Assembly: GCA_964613475.1 (NCBI GenBank)
Contig: CAZTGV010000006.1
Span: 1-50,778, forward strand
From: an uncultured Gemmatimonadota bacterium
GTDB lineage: Bacteria; Gemmatimonadota; Gemmatimonadetes; Palauibacterales; Palauibacteraceae
Length of the DNA stretch: 50,778 bases
Direction: 5' to 3'
Positions 1 to 8,989 of this stretch are shown here, piece by piece. Position numbers and translations under genes: made by a program. Each line of letters opens with the position of its first letter. Position 1 is the stretch's first letter. The notes under the pieces are model-generated. The model saw only the letters and a program-made list of their open reading frames with translations, made no database searches and was not told the origin of the DNA.

Positions 1-2
1 AA

Positions 3-836
3 GGGGAGGAGGTGCGCTGGGCGGTGAAGGTGGCCGGCTGGGACGCGTTCGACGTGCTACGGCTCGAGGATCTACGGCTGCCCGCTCCGAACGGGGCGGG
101 CGAGATCCGGCTGGCCGGCGTGGCCGAGGTGGGCCGCCGGGACGTCCTCTCCCTGATCCGGCGCGAGGACCAGCAGTACGAGCGCTCCGTCGCCTGGGAG
201 TTCCGCGGCCCCCGCCGGCTCGGCGACCTGGTGCGCGACGCGGTCGTGGAGGCGATGGCGCTTCCGCCCGGCTACCGGATCGAGCGCGACGACCGCTGGC
301 GCTGGCCCGAGGAGGAGAAGCGCCAGGTCTGGTGGGTGATCGCCTTCGCCGTGCTCCTGGTCTACATGGTGACGGCGGCGCTCTTCGAGTCCTACCGCGC
401 GCCTCTGGTGGTGCTCCTCACGCTACCGCTCGCCCTGATCGGCGTATTCCTGATCTTCTTCTACGCGGACGCCACCTTCACGCGCACGGCGTACATCGGC
501 GTCGTCATGATGGGAGGGATCGTGGTGAACAACGCGATCCTCATCGTCTACCACATCGGCGAGCTGCGCGCGCGGCTCCCGGCGCACGAGGCGATCCTGC
601 GGGGCACGCTGGAGCGGGTGCGCCCCATCCTGATGACCACCCTCACCACCGTGGGCGGGCTGCTGCCGCTCGTCCTCTTCGCCGGCCACCAGGACGAGAA
701 CATCTGGAACGCGCTGGCGCTGGCCACCATCGGGGGACTGCTGTCGAGCACCCTGTTCGTGCTGGTGGCGATCCCGGTCGCGTACCGGTGGGTGGTGGTG
801 GGCACTCGTGAAAGGAACGGTTCGCTCGTACCATAG
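3..836 (+). CDS. RND (AcrB-family) efflux permease, C-terminal part (runs off left edge)
   Basis: Open frame from the window edge; motifs ALFESYRAPLVVLLTLPLA, GIVVNNAILIV, ERVRPILMTTLTT and IGGLLSSTL match AcrB-family TM8-12. Confidence 0.93.
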   Translation, partial: GEEVRWAVKVAGWDAFDVLRLEDLRLPAPNGAGEIRLAGVAEVGRRDVLSLIRREDQQYERSVAWEFRGPRRLGDLVRDAVVEAMALPPGYRIERDDRWRWPEEEKRQVWWVIAFAVLLVYMVTAALFESYRAPLVVLLTLPLALIGVFLIFFYADATFTRTAYIGVVMMGGIVVNNAILIVYHIGELRARLPAHEAILRGTLERVRPILMTTLTTVGGLLPLVLFAGHQDENIWNALALATIGGLLSSTLFVLVAIPVAYRWVVVGTRERNGSLVP

Positions 837-2919
837 GCCTCGTAGGAAGACGATCACTGACGGTACGGACCGTTCGGGCGCCCACGCCCTCATCGTCTCG
901 AACGGCCGCTCGGGTAAGATCGTGACACCTGCCCGCCACATCGGCTCACCGGCATCGCCCGTCCTCCGGGCGCAGCGGCTCGGGTCGGCGGCGCTGCTCC
1001 TCCTCGCAGTGGCGCCGCTCCTCGCGCCGGCGGCGCTCTCTGCCCTCCACGCGCAGACCGTCCGCGGCACGGTGAGCGATCCGGACTCGGCGGAGCCGCT
1101 GTGGGGCGCCGTGGTCCTTTTGCTCGAGGGCCCGGCGGGCGAGACCCGGGCGGCGGGGACGATCACGGACGAGGGAGGCCGGTACCTGATCCGGGTGCCG
1201 GAGCCGGGCGTGTACCGGTTGCGGGCGCAGCGGATCGGCTTTCGCAGCATCACCACGGAGCCGTTCGCGATCGCCCCGGACGAAGCGGTGCACCGCGCTC
1301 TGAGGGCGCCCGTGCAGGCGGTGCCGGTCGAGGAGATCCAGGTCGTCGGTGAAACCCGGTGCCGCCGGATCGTCGAGGGGGCGGCAGCGGCCTATCGCCT
1401 GTGGGAGGAAGCCCGGAAGGCGCTCGTCGCCACCGTGATCACGGCGGAGATGGACCCCTACTGGTTCGACGCGGCCCTCTGGGAGCGACGCCTACACCCC
1501 CGCAGCCTGCGCGTGCGGGAGGAAGAGCTCCGGACGATCGGGGGGCGGGGTCGTCGTCCATTCCGCAGCATCCCGGCCCGGCGGCTGGCCGCCGGCGGCT
1601 GGGTGCAGGAGACGGACGAGGGGACGATGTACTACGGCCCGGACGCGCGGCTGCTGCTCTCCCAGTCCTTCATGGACGATCACTGCTTCTACGCCCGTGA
1701 GGGCGAGGAACCGGGTTCCGTCGGGCTGGGGTTCGAGCCGATGCCGGGGCGCGACCTGCCGGAGATCGCCGGGACGCTGTGGCTCGACGCGACGTCGGCC
1801 GAGCTTCGGTACCTCGAGTACCGGTACGTGAATCTCGATCTGCCCGTTCGCTCCGACGCGATCGGGGGCGAGGTCGCCTTCGACCGGCTCCCGGACGGGG
1901 GTTGGATCGTCCGCCGCTGGTGGATCCGGATGCCGCAGATCACGCTGGAGCGCGTGCGATCCAGCGTCCCCGGCCGGATCAGGCCCCGCGACCGTCCCGT
2001 CCTCTCGGCGCTCAAGGAGGACGGGGGCGAGATTCGCGCCGTCCGCCGGGAGGACGGGACGCTGGTCCGCGACTACGGCGGTCCAGCCCGCCCGGTGGAC
2101 GCGGCGGACGCCGCTCCGGACGCTCCGGAGCAGCCGACCCCCGGCGCGGACGCCGACGAAGCGGAGGGGAAGGACCAAGAGGCTTCGAGGATGGCGTCTC
2201 CGAGCGCGCGGATCGTCGGCCGGGTCGTGGACGACGGGTCCGGCCGACCGGTCGCGTCGGCCCGGGTGTCGCTCGTCGGGACAGCGCTGGAGACGTTCAC
2301 GGACGAGGGAGGCCGCTTCGCCTTCGCGGTCCCCGCGGCCGGCCCGGCGACACTGCGCGTGGATCACATCGGTTACGGAACTCGGTCGGCGGCCCTGGAG
2401 GTTCCGGCGGGCGGGGCGATCGCCGTCACCTTCCGCGTGGCGGTCGATGCGGTGCCGGTCGAGCCGATCTCGGTCACCATCCTGGCGGAGCGCCGCCGCC
2501 GCGACCTGGCACGGGTGGGCTTCTACAATCGACGGGCTCGCGGCCGCGGCGTCTTCATCACGCGGGAGGAGATCGAGGCGCTGCGACCGATCCGGGTGAC
2601 CGACGTGCTCCGGCGGGTTCCGGGGCTCGAGCTGATCCCGAACCCGGAAGCCGGCAACTATCGGATCCGCGTCCGGGCGGCGCCGGCCTCTCTGCTGGAC
2701 TTCGACTGTCCGATCCGGATCTACCTCGACGGGGCGCTGCTGAGCACGGGCGCGCCCCCGGACGACCCGAGCCCGGGCTGGCCGCTGGACGCGATGGTCC
2801 GCATCGAGAACGTGGCCGGCGTGGAGGTCTACACGCGCCCGTCCCAGATTCCCGCGCGCTTCCGGGCCTCCAAGAACGCGCGCTGCGGGGTGATCGCCGT
2901 GTGGACGCGGGAGCGTTGA
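808..2919 (+). CDS. Secreted protein: carboxypeptidase-regulatory-like domain, unknown beta-rich domain, second carboxypeptidase-regulatory-like domain and TonB-plug-like domain; true start probably near 922
   Basis: Signal peptide ending ALHA-Q; VRGTVSD..PLWGAVV..TDEGGRY and IVGRVVD..PVASARV..TDEGGRF repeats; C-terminal GFYNRRARGRGVFITREEIE..DVLRRVPG..YLDG..GVEVY..CGVIAVWTR plug-like segment. Confidence 0.8.
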   Translation: MKGTVRSYHRPRRKTITDGTDRSGAHALIVSNGRSGKIVTPARHIGSPASPVLRAQRLGSAALLLLAVAPLLAPAALSALHAQTVRGTVSDPDSAEPLWGAVVLLLEGPAGETRAAGTITDEGGRYLIRVPEPGVYRLRAQRIGFRSITTEPFAIAPDEAVHRALRAPVQAVPVEEIQVVGETRCRRIVEGAAAAYRLWEEARKALVATVITAEMDPYWFDAALWERRLHPRSLRVREEELRTIGGRGRRPFRSIPARRLAAGGWVQETDEGTMYYGPDARLLLSQSFMDDHCFYAREGEEPGSVGLGFEPMPGRDLPEIAGTLWLDATSAELRYLEYRYVNLDLPVRSDAIGGEVAFDRLPDGGWIVRRWWIRMPQITLERVRSSVPGRIRPRDRPVLSALKEDGGEIRAVRREDGTLVRDYGGPARPVDAADAAPDAPEQPTPGADADEAEGKDQEASRMASPSARIVGRVVDDGSGRPVASARVSLVGTALETFTDEGGRFAFAVPAAGPATLRVDHIGYGTRSAALEVPAGGAIAVTFRVAVDAVPVEPISVTILAERRRRDLARVGFYNRRARGRGVFITREEIEALRPIRVTDVLRRVPGLELIPNPEAGNYRIRVRAAPASLLDFDCPIRIYLDGALLSTGAPPDDPSPGWPLDAMVRIENVAGVEVYTRPSQIPARFRASKNARCGVIAVWTRER

Positions 2920-4100
2920 GGCGCTGGGCGACGCTGCCGCTCCTCCTCGCGGTCGCCTGCTCGCCACCCCCGTCCGGACCCTGCGATCCGGCACCGGCCT
3001 CCACTCCGGTGCTGCGCGTGTCGGGTCCCGGCGCCTGGGAGGCGGGCGGAGTTGTCCCGGGCTGGCGCGAGCTGTGGCGCGTGGGCGGGACGCGCGACGG
3101 AGAGGAGCTGGTCTTTCCGGTCTTCCCCGCCGTTTCCGCGGATGGGTGGCTCGCCATCCCGGACTTCGCGTTGGGCGAGGTGGCCGTGGTGTCGCCCGAG
3201 GGGCGCTGGCAGGGCAACTGGACCCCGCGGGGGGACGGGCCGGGCGAGGTGCGCCGCCCGATCGCCGCGGCGTGGGACGCGGAGGGCCGGCTCCGCGCCT
3301 TCGACCTGGAGGGCTCCCGGATCGTGTCCGTCCGCACGGACGGGCCGGACGGGCCGGAGCTGCCGTTGGCGACCTCGTTCACCGGTCCGGCGCTCGCCTC
3401 CGGCACCCTGTCTTGGGCCGGCCTGGCGGCGGACGGCACGGCGTTCCTGCTGGCCGAGCTGCCGCCGGCCGAGGGAGAGCGGGCAGGCCATGCGGCCGGG
3501 GCGGACCGAGCCGGTGGCGACGGGGCGAGATCGGCTGCGCGAATGGGCCTTCTCCGCCTGCCGCCGGCGGCCGCGGAGCCGGAGACGCTGGCGGTCGTCG
3601 AAATCGCTCCCGTCCTCGCTCCGGAGTGGCCGCTGCCGGCGCCGCCGCTCGCTCCGGCCGTCGGCGGGTCCGGATGGGCCGCCGTGGGCCGCCGAGGCGC
3701 CGACGCGTGGCTGGAGATCCACGGGTCCCGCGGCACGCCCGAGCTCCGGATCTGCCTCGATCGGGCGTCGCGGTCGCGAGCGAGGTGGTGGAGGTCCGGG
3801 GCGCGGCTGCCGGCGCGTTCGATCGTCCGGGTGCTGATCGGGGCCGGCGGCCGCATCTGGGTGGAGCGGAGCGTGGGAGGCGACGTCACCGCCGCGGACG
3901 CGCTGCTCGGGATTCCCGGGGGCGAATACGACGTGCTCGGGCCCGAGGGCGCCTACCTGGGACGCGTACGCGCCCCGCCCGGGGCGCGCCTGCAGGCGAT
4001 GGCGGACGACACCGTGTGGGCCTTCGAGACCGGCCCGCTGGACGAGACGTGGGTGGTCGCCTACCGGCTGGAGCGGAGCGGCGCGGCGTCGAGGAGGTGA
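2916..4100 (+). CDS. 6-bladed beta-propeller lipoprotein
   Basis: TTG overlaps upstream stop (TTGA); lipobox LAVAC; GDGPGEVRRP, GRIWVER and YDVLGPEGAYLGRV motifs typical of these propellers; C-terminal part of ORF 1779..4100. Confidence 0.75.
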   Translation: MRRWATLPLLLAVACSPPPSGPCDPAPASTPVLRVSGPGAWEAGGVVPGWRELWRVGGTRDGEELVFPVFPAVSADGWLAIPDFALGEVAVVSPEGRWQGNWTPRGDGPGEVRRPIAAAWDAEGRLRAFDLEGSRIVSVRTDGPDGPELPLATSFTGPALASGTLSWAGLAADGTAFLLAELPPAEGERAGHAAGADRAGGDGARSAARMGLLRLPPAAAEPETLAVVEIAPVLAPEWPLPAPPLAPAVGGSGWAAVGRRGADAWLEIHGSRGTPELRICLDRASRSRARWWRSGARLPARSIVRVLIGAGGRIWVERSVGGDVTAADALLGIPGGEYDVLGPEGAYLGRVRAPPGARLQAMADDTVWAFETGPLDETWVVAYRLERSGAASRR

Positions 4101-4231
4101 ACGCGAGCGGCGCGATCGTTGACGGCGCAAGATCCTCGGTCCCAGTTCCGTCGATCACCACGATACGCGCGACGGCAAGCTGTGCCGGGTCTCGGGGAGC
4201 CTCCATCTCGCCAGGGCGCGCCGTACCAGCC

Positions 4232-5551
4232 TCACGGGACCAGCGACACGTGATACCCGACCACGACGACCCGGCCGTCGGCGTTCCGCGCCAGGACGAC
4301 CCGTTCCCGGGCGACCGTCACGCGATCGCGACCGGCCGCCGGACGGGAGAAGACCGTCCAGTACGTTCTGGTGGCGTATCCGTCCGGCGCGACCCGCCGC
4401 GACTCGCGATCCAGGTAACCGGGCATGTGGCGCCGCGACATCGGTCCGCCGAGCAGGTCTCGCAGCGCTCGAATCGTGTCCCGCCAGGTCTCCGGGGTGA
4501 ACCGGGCGCGAAGCTCGGCGCCGGCCGCCGCGAAGGCTTCGTCGTGGCGGTCGTCATCCAGGAGCCGCAGCCACTCACCGGCCGTGAGGTCGGCAGACCG
4601 AAACGGCCGCAGTTTCGTCGGCGGGCGCCCGTCCGCTCCGCGCCGCGGAGGGTCGATCCCGAGGCCGGCCTCCCGGGGCGGCCCTTCGCCCTCGCAGCCT
4701 TCGGGCGCGAGGGGTGGGCGACCCTCCCGCACGCCGTCCGCGATGAACCGGCGCAGCTCGCAGAAGAAGACGTGCGGCCGGTTGTACCACGGACTGTGTC
4801 CGGCGCCCTCGATCACGCGCCGCTCGGCCCGGGACAACGTGCTCCAGAGCGGACCCGCGTCCGTTCGCGGCCAGACCTCGAAGGAGCCCTGGAGCAGCAG
4901 CGTCGGCGTCCCCAGGGAGCGGAGCTCGTCAAGCTCGGGAAGGCTGCCCAAGCTCGCGATCGTGGAGAAGAGCGCCCGTCGACAGAGTCGCACGCGGTTG
5001 GAGTACGTGGGGTCGACCCCGTGCTCGTGCGGATCCACGCCAGCGCCCCAGCGGGTCGTGTCCGCGTCATGCGCCGCGACCGCGTTCGCCCACTTGCGCA
5101 GGTTCTCGAAGGAGGGCACCCCGCTGAGCACGAGGCCGGCCACGCGCTCCGGATGCGCGCGGGCGTAGAGCAACGCCAGCACGGAACCCCACGAGACGCC
5201 CGCCAGGTACACCGGGCGGTCGGGGCTGACCTCCGCGAGGAGTCCGTGCAGGTCGGCCACGTGGTCCTCGGCGCGGTAGGAGTCCGCCGGGTCGCTCCGG
5301 CCGCAGCCGCGCTGGTCGTAGTACACGAGCCTGTGGTCGGCGGCCAGCGCGTCCCACTCCGGCCGCAAGTAGTCGTGACTCACCCCGGGACCTCCGTGGA
5401 GCACCACGACGGTGGGGCCCTCCCCGAGCTCTCGAAAAGCGAGCCTCGGAGCGTTCCCGACGTGCCGCACGGGACTGGCCGATTCTCCGCACGCACCGGC
5501 TCCGCACGCGACGAGAACCAGCAGCGAGGCCACGGGGCGGGCGGCTCGCAT
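4232..5551 (-). CDS. Alpha/beta hydrolase (prolyl aminopeptidase-like) lipoprotein fused to a C-terminal DUF4019-like domain
   Basis: Lipobox LVAC; HGGPG oxyanion motif, YDQRGCGRS, GVSWG nucleophile, GAGHSPW His; C-terminal WLRLLD..W..R..LG..ERV..VGYHV resembles DUF4019. Confidence 0.8.
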   Translation of the reverse strand: MRAARPVASLLVLVACGAGACGESASPVRHVGNAPRLAFRELGEGPTVVVLHGGPGVSHDYLRPEWDALAADHRLVYYDQRGCGRSDPADSYRAEDHVADLHGLLAEVSPDRPVYLAGVSWGSVLALLYARAHPERVAGLVLSGVPSFENLRKWANAVAAHDADTTRWGAGVDPHEHGVDPTYSNRVRLCRRALFSTIASLGSLPELDELRSLGTPTLLLQGSFEVWPRTDAGPLWSTLSRAERRVIEGAGHSPWYNRPHVFFCELRRFIADGVREGRPPLAPEGCEGEGPPREAGLGIDPPRRGADGRPPTKLRPFRSADLTAGEWLRLLDDDRHDEAFAAAGAELRARFTPETWRDTIRALRDLLGGPMSRRHMPGYLDRESRRVAPDGYATRTYWTVFSRPAAGRDRVTVARERVVLARNADGRVVVVGYHVSLVP

Positions 5552-5651
5552 CGGCCCACCTCGAGCCGCTCGACGATGGATGGCCGGGCAGGACAAGCGG
5601 AAGCTCCCCCCTCTGCGCCGGCCGTTGCAGCCTCTGTCTGCGCCGGCGGTC

Positions 5652-5708
5652 TGAAGGTAATATTTCACGTCTTAGCGACATCTACTACCCGGAAAGACGA
5701 GCGTCCGC
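5652..5708. promoter_or_regulatory. Divergent promoter region between hydrolase and ECF sigma
   Basis: Locally AT-rich stretch (GGTAATATTTCACGTCTTAG) between divergent starts in a very GC-rich background; exact elements not resolved. Confidence 0.4.
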
Positions 5709-6299
5709 ATGCGGAGTTCGGAGAAGAGCGGCGCCGGAGCGGAACGGCGGGGACTCGGGGACGCGCGGACCGCCGAACCGGACGCCGCCACGCTGGCGCG
5801 CGCCGCTCGCGGGGACTCCGGCGCGATCCGGGCGCTGCACGACCGCTATGTCGAATCGCTCTACGAGGTGGCGTTCCGGCTCACGCAGAGCTCGGCCGAT
5901 GCCCGCGACGTCGTGCAGGAGGTCTTCGTCGGGCTGCCGGAGGCGCTTCCGAGCTTCGAGGGGCGCGGCAGCTTCGGCGGGTGGCTTCGGAAGATCGCGG
6001 TGCGCGCCAGCCTGATGAAGCTCCGGCGTCGTCGCCGCAGGCGCGAAGTCTCGCTGGCGTATCTGAGGGGGCGGCTGCCGTTCGATGATGCGTCCGACGC
6101 GGTGCTGGACCGGCTCGCGGTGGAACGGGCGGTGGCGGCGCTCCCGCCGGAGATGCGGGCCGTCGTCCTGCTCAAGGAGGTGGAGGGCTATTCGCACCGG
6201 GAGATCGGCCGCTTGCTGGGGATTTCCGAGGGGGCCTCGGCCGTCCGGCTTCACCGTGCCCGCAAGGTCCTGCGGCGGGTCCTGGCGGAGGCCCGTTAG
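5709..6299 (+). CDS. ECF RNA polymerase sigma-70 factor
   Basis: Region 2 DARDVVQEVF..SFGGWLRKIA; region 4 LPPEMRAVVLLKEVEGYSHREIGRLLGISEGASAVRLHRAR. Confidence 0.95.
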   Translation: MRSSEKSGAGAERRGLGDARTAEPDAATLARAARGDSGAIRALHDRYVESLYEVAFRLTQSSADARDVVQEVFVGLPEALPSFEGRGSFGGWLRKIAVRASLMKLRRRRRRREVSLAYLRGRLPFDDASDAVLDRLAVERAVAALPPEMRAVVLLKEVEGYSHREIGRLLGISEGASAVRLHRARKVLRRVLAEAR

Positions 6300-6365
6300 C
6301 GCCGAGCCGCGGGTCCTCCGAGTCGCCGGACAGCGGCCCGCGGCCGCGTCCGCGGAGATCCGTCG

Positions 6366-8885
6366 ATGAGTCGGCTCCGGCATCCGGGACGCCGCGGGTT
6401 GGAGCGGCTGGCGGACGGGGAGTGCGCGCCCGCCGAGGCCCGCCGGATCCGCGCCCACCTGGCCGAGTGCCCAGCGTGCCGCGCCGAGCTGGGGTGGCTC
6501 CGGGAGCTCGGTCGCGCGCTGCGGGACATCCCCGCCCCCCGCCCGCCTGAGGGCACGCTCGAGGCCGCCCTGGCGCGCCGCGAGCGGGGCGAGCGGCGCA
6601 TCCTGCCGGTCTCCGATCCCGCGCCGCGCCGGCGTCCTTCGCGCGTGGCGCTCGCCGTGGCCGGCTCCCTGGTGGCGCTCGCGGGCGCGGCCGCCCTGGT
6701 CGTCCTGACCGGTCGGGAGGCGGCGGCCGGAGCGAGCGAGCTCCGCCTGCCGGCGGAGGCGCTCTCGGCCGCGCGTCCGGTCACGGCCGAGTTCCGGGCC
6801 GCCTCCGCGCTCGCCGGCGAGACACGCCTCCGGCTCCGCGGCCGCTACCGCGCCGCCGGCGACGCCCCCCCGCGCGTCCACCTGGGCCGCCCTATCGACG
6901 CGGAGCTCGCCCGGGAAGGGCCGGGCCGCTTCCGCGGCTCGTTGAGGCTGCCGCCGGGCGCCGTCTACGCCGCGTTCTCGCTCGAGGACCTCGACGGCGA
7001 CGACGTGGATGCGAACGGAGGGCGATTCTGGGAGCTCCTGGAGCGGGACGAGGCGGGGCAGCCCACCTTCCGGGCGCTGCAGGAGCGGATGTGGGCGATG
7101 AGCCTGATCCGGTGGGAGCTGGCCCTGGAGACGGCGGTGGAGGCGACGACCCTCTATCCGGACCGCATCGACGGATGGTTCCAGCGCCTGTTCTACGAGG
7201 GCTTGCTCAAGGATCGCGCGGGCAGGGCGCGCCTGCTCGCCGAGCACGCCGAGCGCTTCGCGGCCTTCGAGCGCCAGGTGGCGGGCGCCTCCGCGCCGAC
7301 TGTCGACGAGCTGGCGGCGCTGGTGCGCTACGCGCGCAGCCTGGGGGATGCGGAGGCGATCGGCCGCTGGACCGAGCGTCTGGAAGCGGTCGCGCCGGCA
7401 CATCGGCTGGTCGTCCAGGAGCGGGTTGGCGAGATCGGACGCGCGCACCGGGACGATCCGGCCGCCGGGCTCGAGCGATTGGAGGCGGTGTGGGAGCGCG
7501 CGGGGCCGGCGGACGAGACGCTGTTTCCGCAAGCGTTCGAGGCGGCCCTGGCGCTCGGCGACGCGCGGGTGACGCTCGCCTGGGCCGACCGGATCGATCG
7601 GTACGTGCCCCGGTGGTCGCCGGGCGTGGCGCTGCGCCTCGCGGAGCGCCCCACGCTGCGCGCGGAGGGGATGGCTCGACTCCGACGCGAGCTCCGGCGA
7701 CTGGAATGGGACGGCCCGGATGACCGGCCGCTCGATCTCGGTCGGGCGGAGCACCGGGCGGAAGCGCGGGAGGAGAGCGCCCCGCTCCTGGCGGCCCTGG
7801 GACGCGCCCTCCTGGCCGAAGGGGACAGCGCCGCGGCCGCCGACACGCTCGCGCTGGCGGCCGAGCGCACCTGGGACCCCGCCCTGTTCCGGGAGCTCGC
7901 GGCCGTGCGCGCGGCGGCCGGCGATGCCGAGGCCGCGGTCCGACTGCGGGCGCTCGCCGCCGCCGATCCGCTGAGCGAAGCCGGAGAGCGGGCCGCGCTC
8001 CGACTGGGGCCGGGACCCTCGATCGGGACGGAGGCGTGGCGGAATCGGCTGGCCGAGGCCCGTCTGGAGCTTCAGCGCCGGGCGCGGAGCCGATCGGTCT
8101 CGCGGCCCGTCCCCGAAGGCGTCCGAGTGATGGACGGGGCGGGGGAGGAGCGCCCGCTCCTGGACCTCCTGGGCGGCCGGCCGACGCTCCTCGCCTACTG
8201 GATGCACGTGCCGACCGTCGCCCATCGAGACGGGGCCCGGCTGTCCGCGCTCTCGGGGCGGCTTCGCGACGCGGGCACCCGGGCGGTGGCGGTCGTCGGC
8301 CGGGAACGCTCGCCGGAGCTGGACGCGTTCGCCCGCGACGACGTGACCGGCGTGGTCGTGGCTTTCGACGACCACGCGCAAGCGGGCGCCTCTCTCGAGC
8401 TCTGGGGACGGACCCGCTACCTGGTCATCGACGGGAACGGGCGGATCCGCTTCCGCTTCCGCGAGCACGAGCTGGATCGAGCCCTTCGCCACCTTCTCCT
8501 GCTGGCGGAGGGTGCTCCGACCCTGTCCTCCGACGCGACGGGTCCCGTGCGCGGGCCCGCCGATGTGGAGGGAGCGACCGGCATCGCGACCGACCATTTC
8601 GACATGGGAGGGACCGATGCGATGCAAGCGACGCTGGACGCGGGTCACGTGCCTCGTGGCGACCTTGGCGCTGCTTCCGTTGGGGGTGGCATCCAGTGGG
8701 GACGTGGGGTGGAAGGACGCGTGCGGGGCCTCCGGGAGCTGCATCCCGGAAGCGGGATCGGCGTGTACGGTGGATGGACACGTCACGTACAACGCACGCC
8801 CGTATCCGCTGTAGACACGGGTGAAGAACCGGCGGGGCGGTCGCCCGGTGGGCGCGCCGCCTCCGCAAGGCTGATCGACAGCTAG
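6366..8885 (+). CDS. Zinc-finger (zf-HC2) anti-sigma factor with TM helix, large extracytoplasmic TPR-like region and thioredoxin-like (TlpA-like) domain lacking CxxC
   Basis: HLAECPAC motif; TM VALAVAGSLVALAGAAALVVL; helical repeats; ..PTLLAYW..YLVIDGNGRIRFR redoxin-like fold; the last ~120 aa look non-coding-like and overlap a peptide gene. Confidence 0.82.
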   Translation: MSRLRHPGRRGLERLADGECAPAEARRIRAHLAECPACRAELGWLRELGRALRDIPAPRPPEGTLEAALARRERGERRILPVSDPAPRRRPSRVALAVAGSLVALAGAAALVVLTGREAAAGASELRLPAEALSAARPVTAEFRAASALAGETRLRLRGRYRAAGDAPPRVHLGRPIDAELAREGPGRFRGSLRLPPGAVYAAFSLEDLDGDDVDANGGRFWELLERDEAGQPTFRALQERMWAMSLIRWELALETAVEATTLYPDRIDGWFQRLFYEGLLKDRAGRARLLAEHAERFAAFERQVAGASAPTVDELAALVRYARSLGDAEAIGRWTERLEAVAPAHRLVVQERVGEIGRAHRDDPAAGLERLEAVWERAGPADETLFPQAFEAALALGDARVTLAWADRIDRYVPRWSPGVALRLAERPTLRAEGMARLRRELRRLEWDGPDDRPLDLGRAEHRAEAREESAPLLAALGRALLAEGDSAAAADTLALAAERTWDPALFRELAAVRAAAGDAEAAVRLRALAAADPLSEAGERAALRLGPGPSIGTEAWRNRLAEARLELQRRARSRSVSRPVPEGVRVMDGAGEERPLLDLLGGRPTLLAYWMHVPTVAHRDGARLSALSGRLRDAGTRAVAVVGRERSPELDAFARDDVTGVVVAFDDHAQAGASLELWGRTRYLVIDGNGRIRFRFREHELDRALRHLLLLAEGAPTLSSDATGPVRGPADVEGATGIATDHFDMGGTDAMQATLDAGHVPRGDLGAASVGGGIQWGRGVEGRVRGLRELHPGSGIGVYGGWTRHVQRTPVSAVDTGEEPAGRSPGGRAASARLIDS
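8617..8814 (+). CDS. 65-aa secreted Cys-containing peptide (nested in +1 frame of the anti-sigma tail)
   Basis: GGAGG at 8607-8611, 5 nt before ATG; basic N-terminus plus hydrophobic core (MRCKRRWTRVTCLVATLALLPLG); mature part DACGASGSCIPEAGSACTVDGHVTYNARPYPL; higher GC3 than the overlapping frame; hairpin after stop. Confidence 0.72.
   Translation: MRCKRRWTRVTCLVATLALLPLGVASSGDVGWKDACGASGSCIPEAGSACTVDGHVTYNARPYPL
8832..8866 (+). terminator. Strong GC hairpin just downstream of the peptide gene (terminator or mRNA stabiliser)
   Basis: GCGG-GGCGG-T-CGCCC GGT GGGCG-CG-CCGCC-T-CCGC pairs into a long stem; no U-tract. Confidence 0.45.
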
Positions 8886-8989
8886 TCGGCCGGGGTCTCA
8901 AGCCTCGGCCCACGGCGCCTCCGGATACGCCGGCGGCCGCCGTCTTCCAGGATCGCGATGCCGGCCCGCCCTCTCCCGCTCGTCGCGAT

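Noticed and set aside
1779-2915. N-terminal extensions of ORFs such as 1779, 12606, 16567, 22961, 27945, 31033 and 40116..42011
   Set aside because: Out-of-frame overlap with genuine upstream genes; real starts were placed at RBS or stop-start overlaps
3074-8792. Very long ORFs 3074..6088 (+) and 5685..8792 (-), and many similar ones across the window
   Set aside because: Arg/Pro/Gly/Ala-rich shadow frames of real genes, expected at this GC content; no family motifs
8617-8814. Peptide as a radical-SAM or lanthipeptide RiPP precursor
   Set aside because: No modifying enzyme or peptidase-ABC exporter nearby; the only radical SAM enzyme is a typical MoaA ~37 kb away; the leader looks Sec-type
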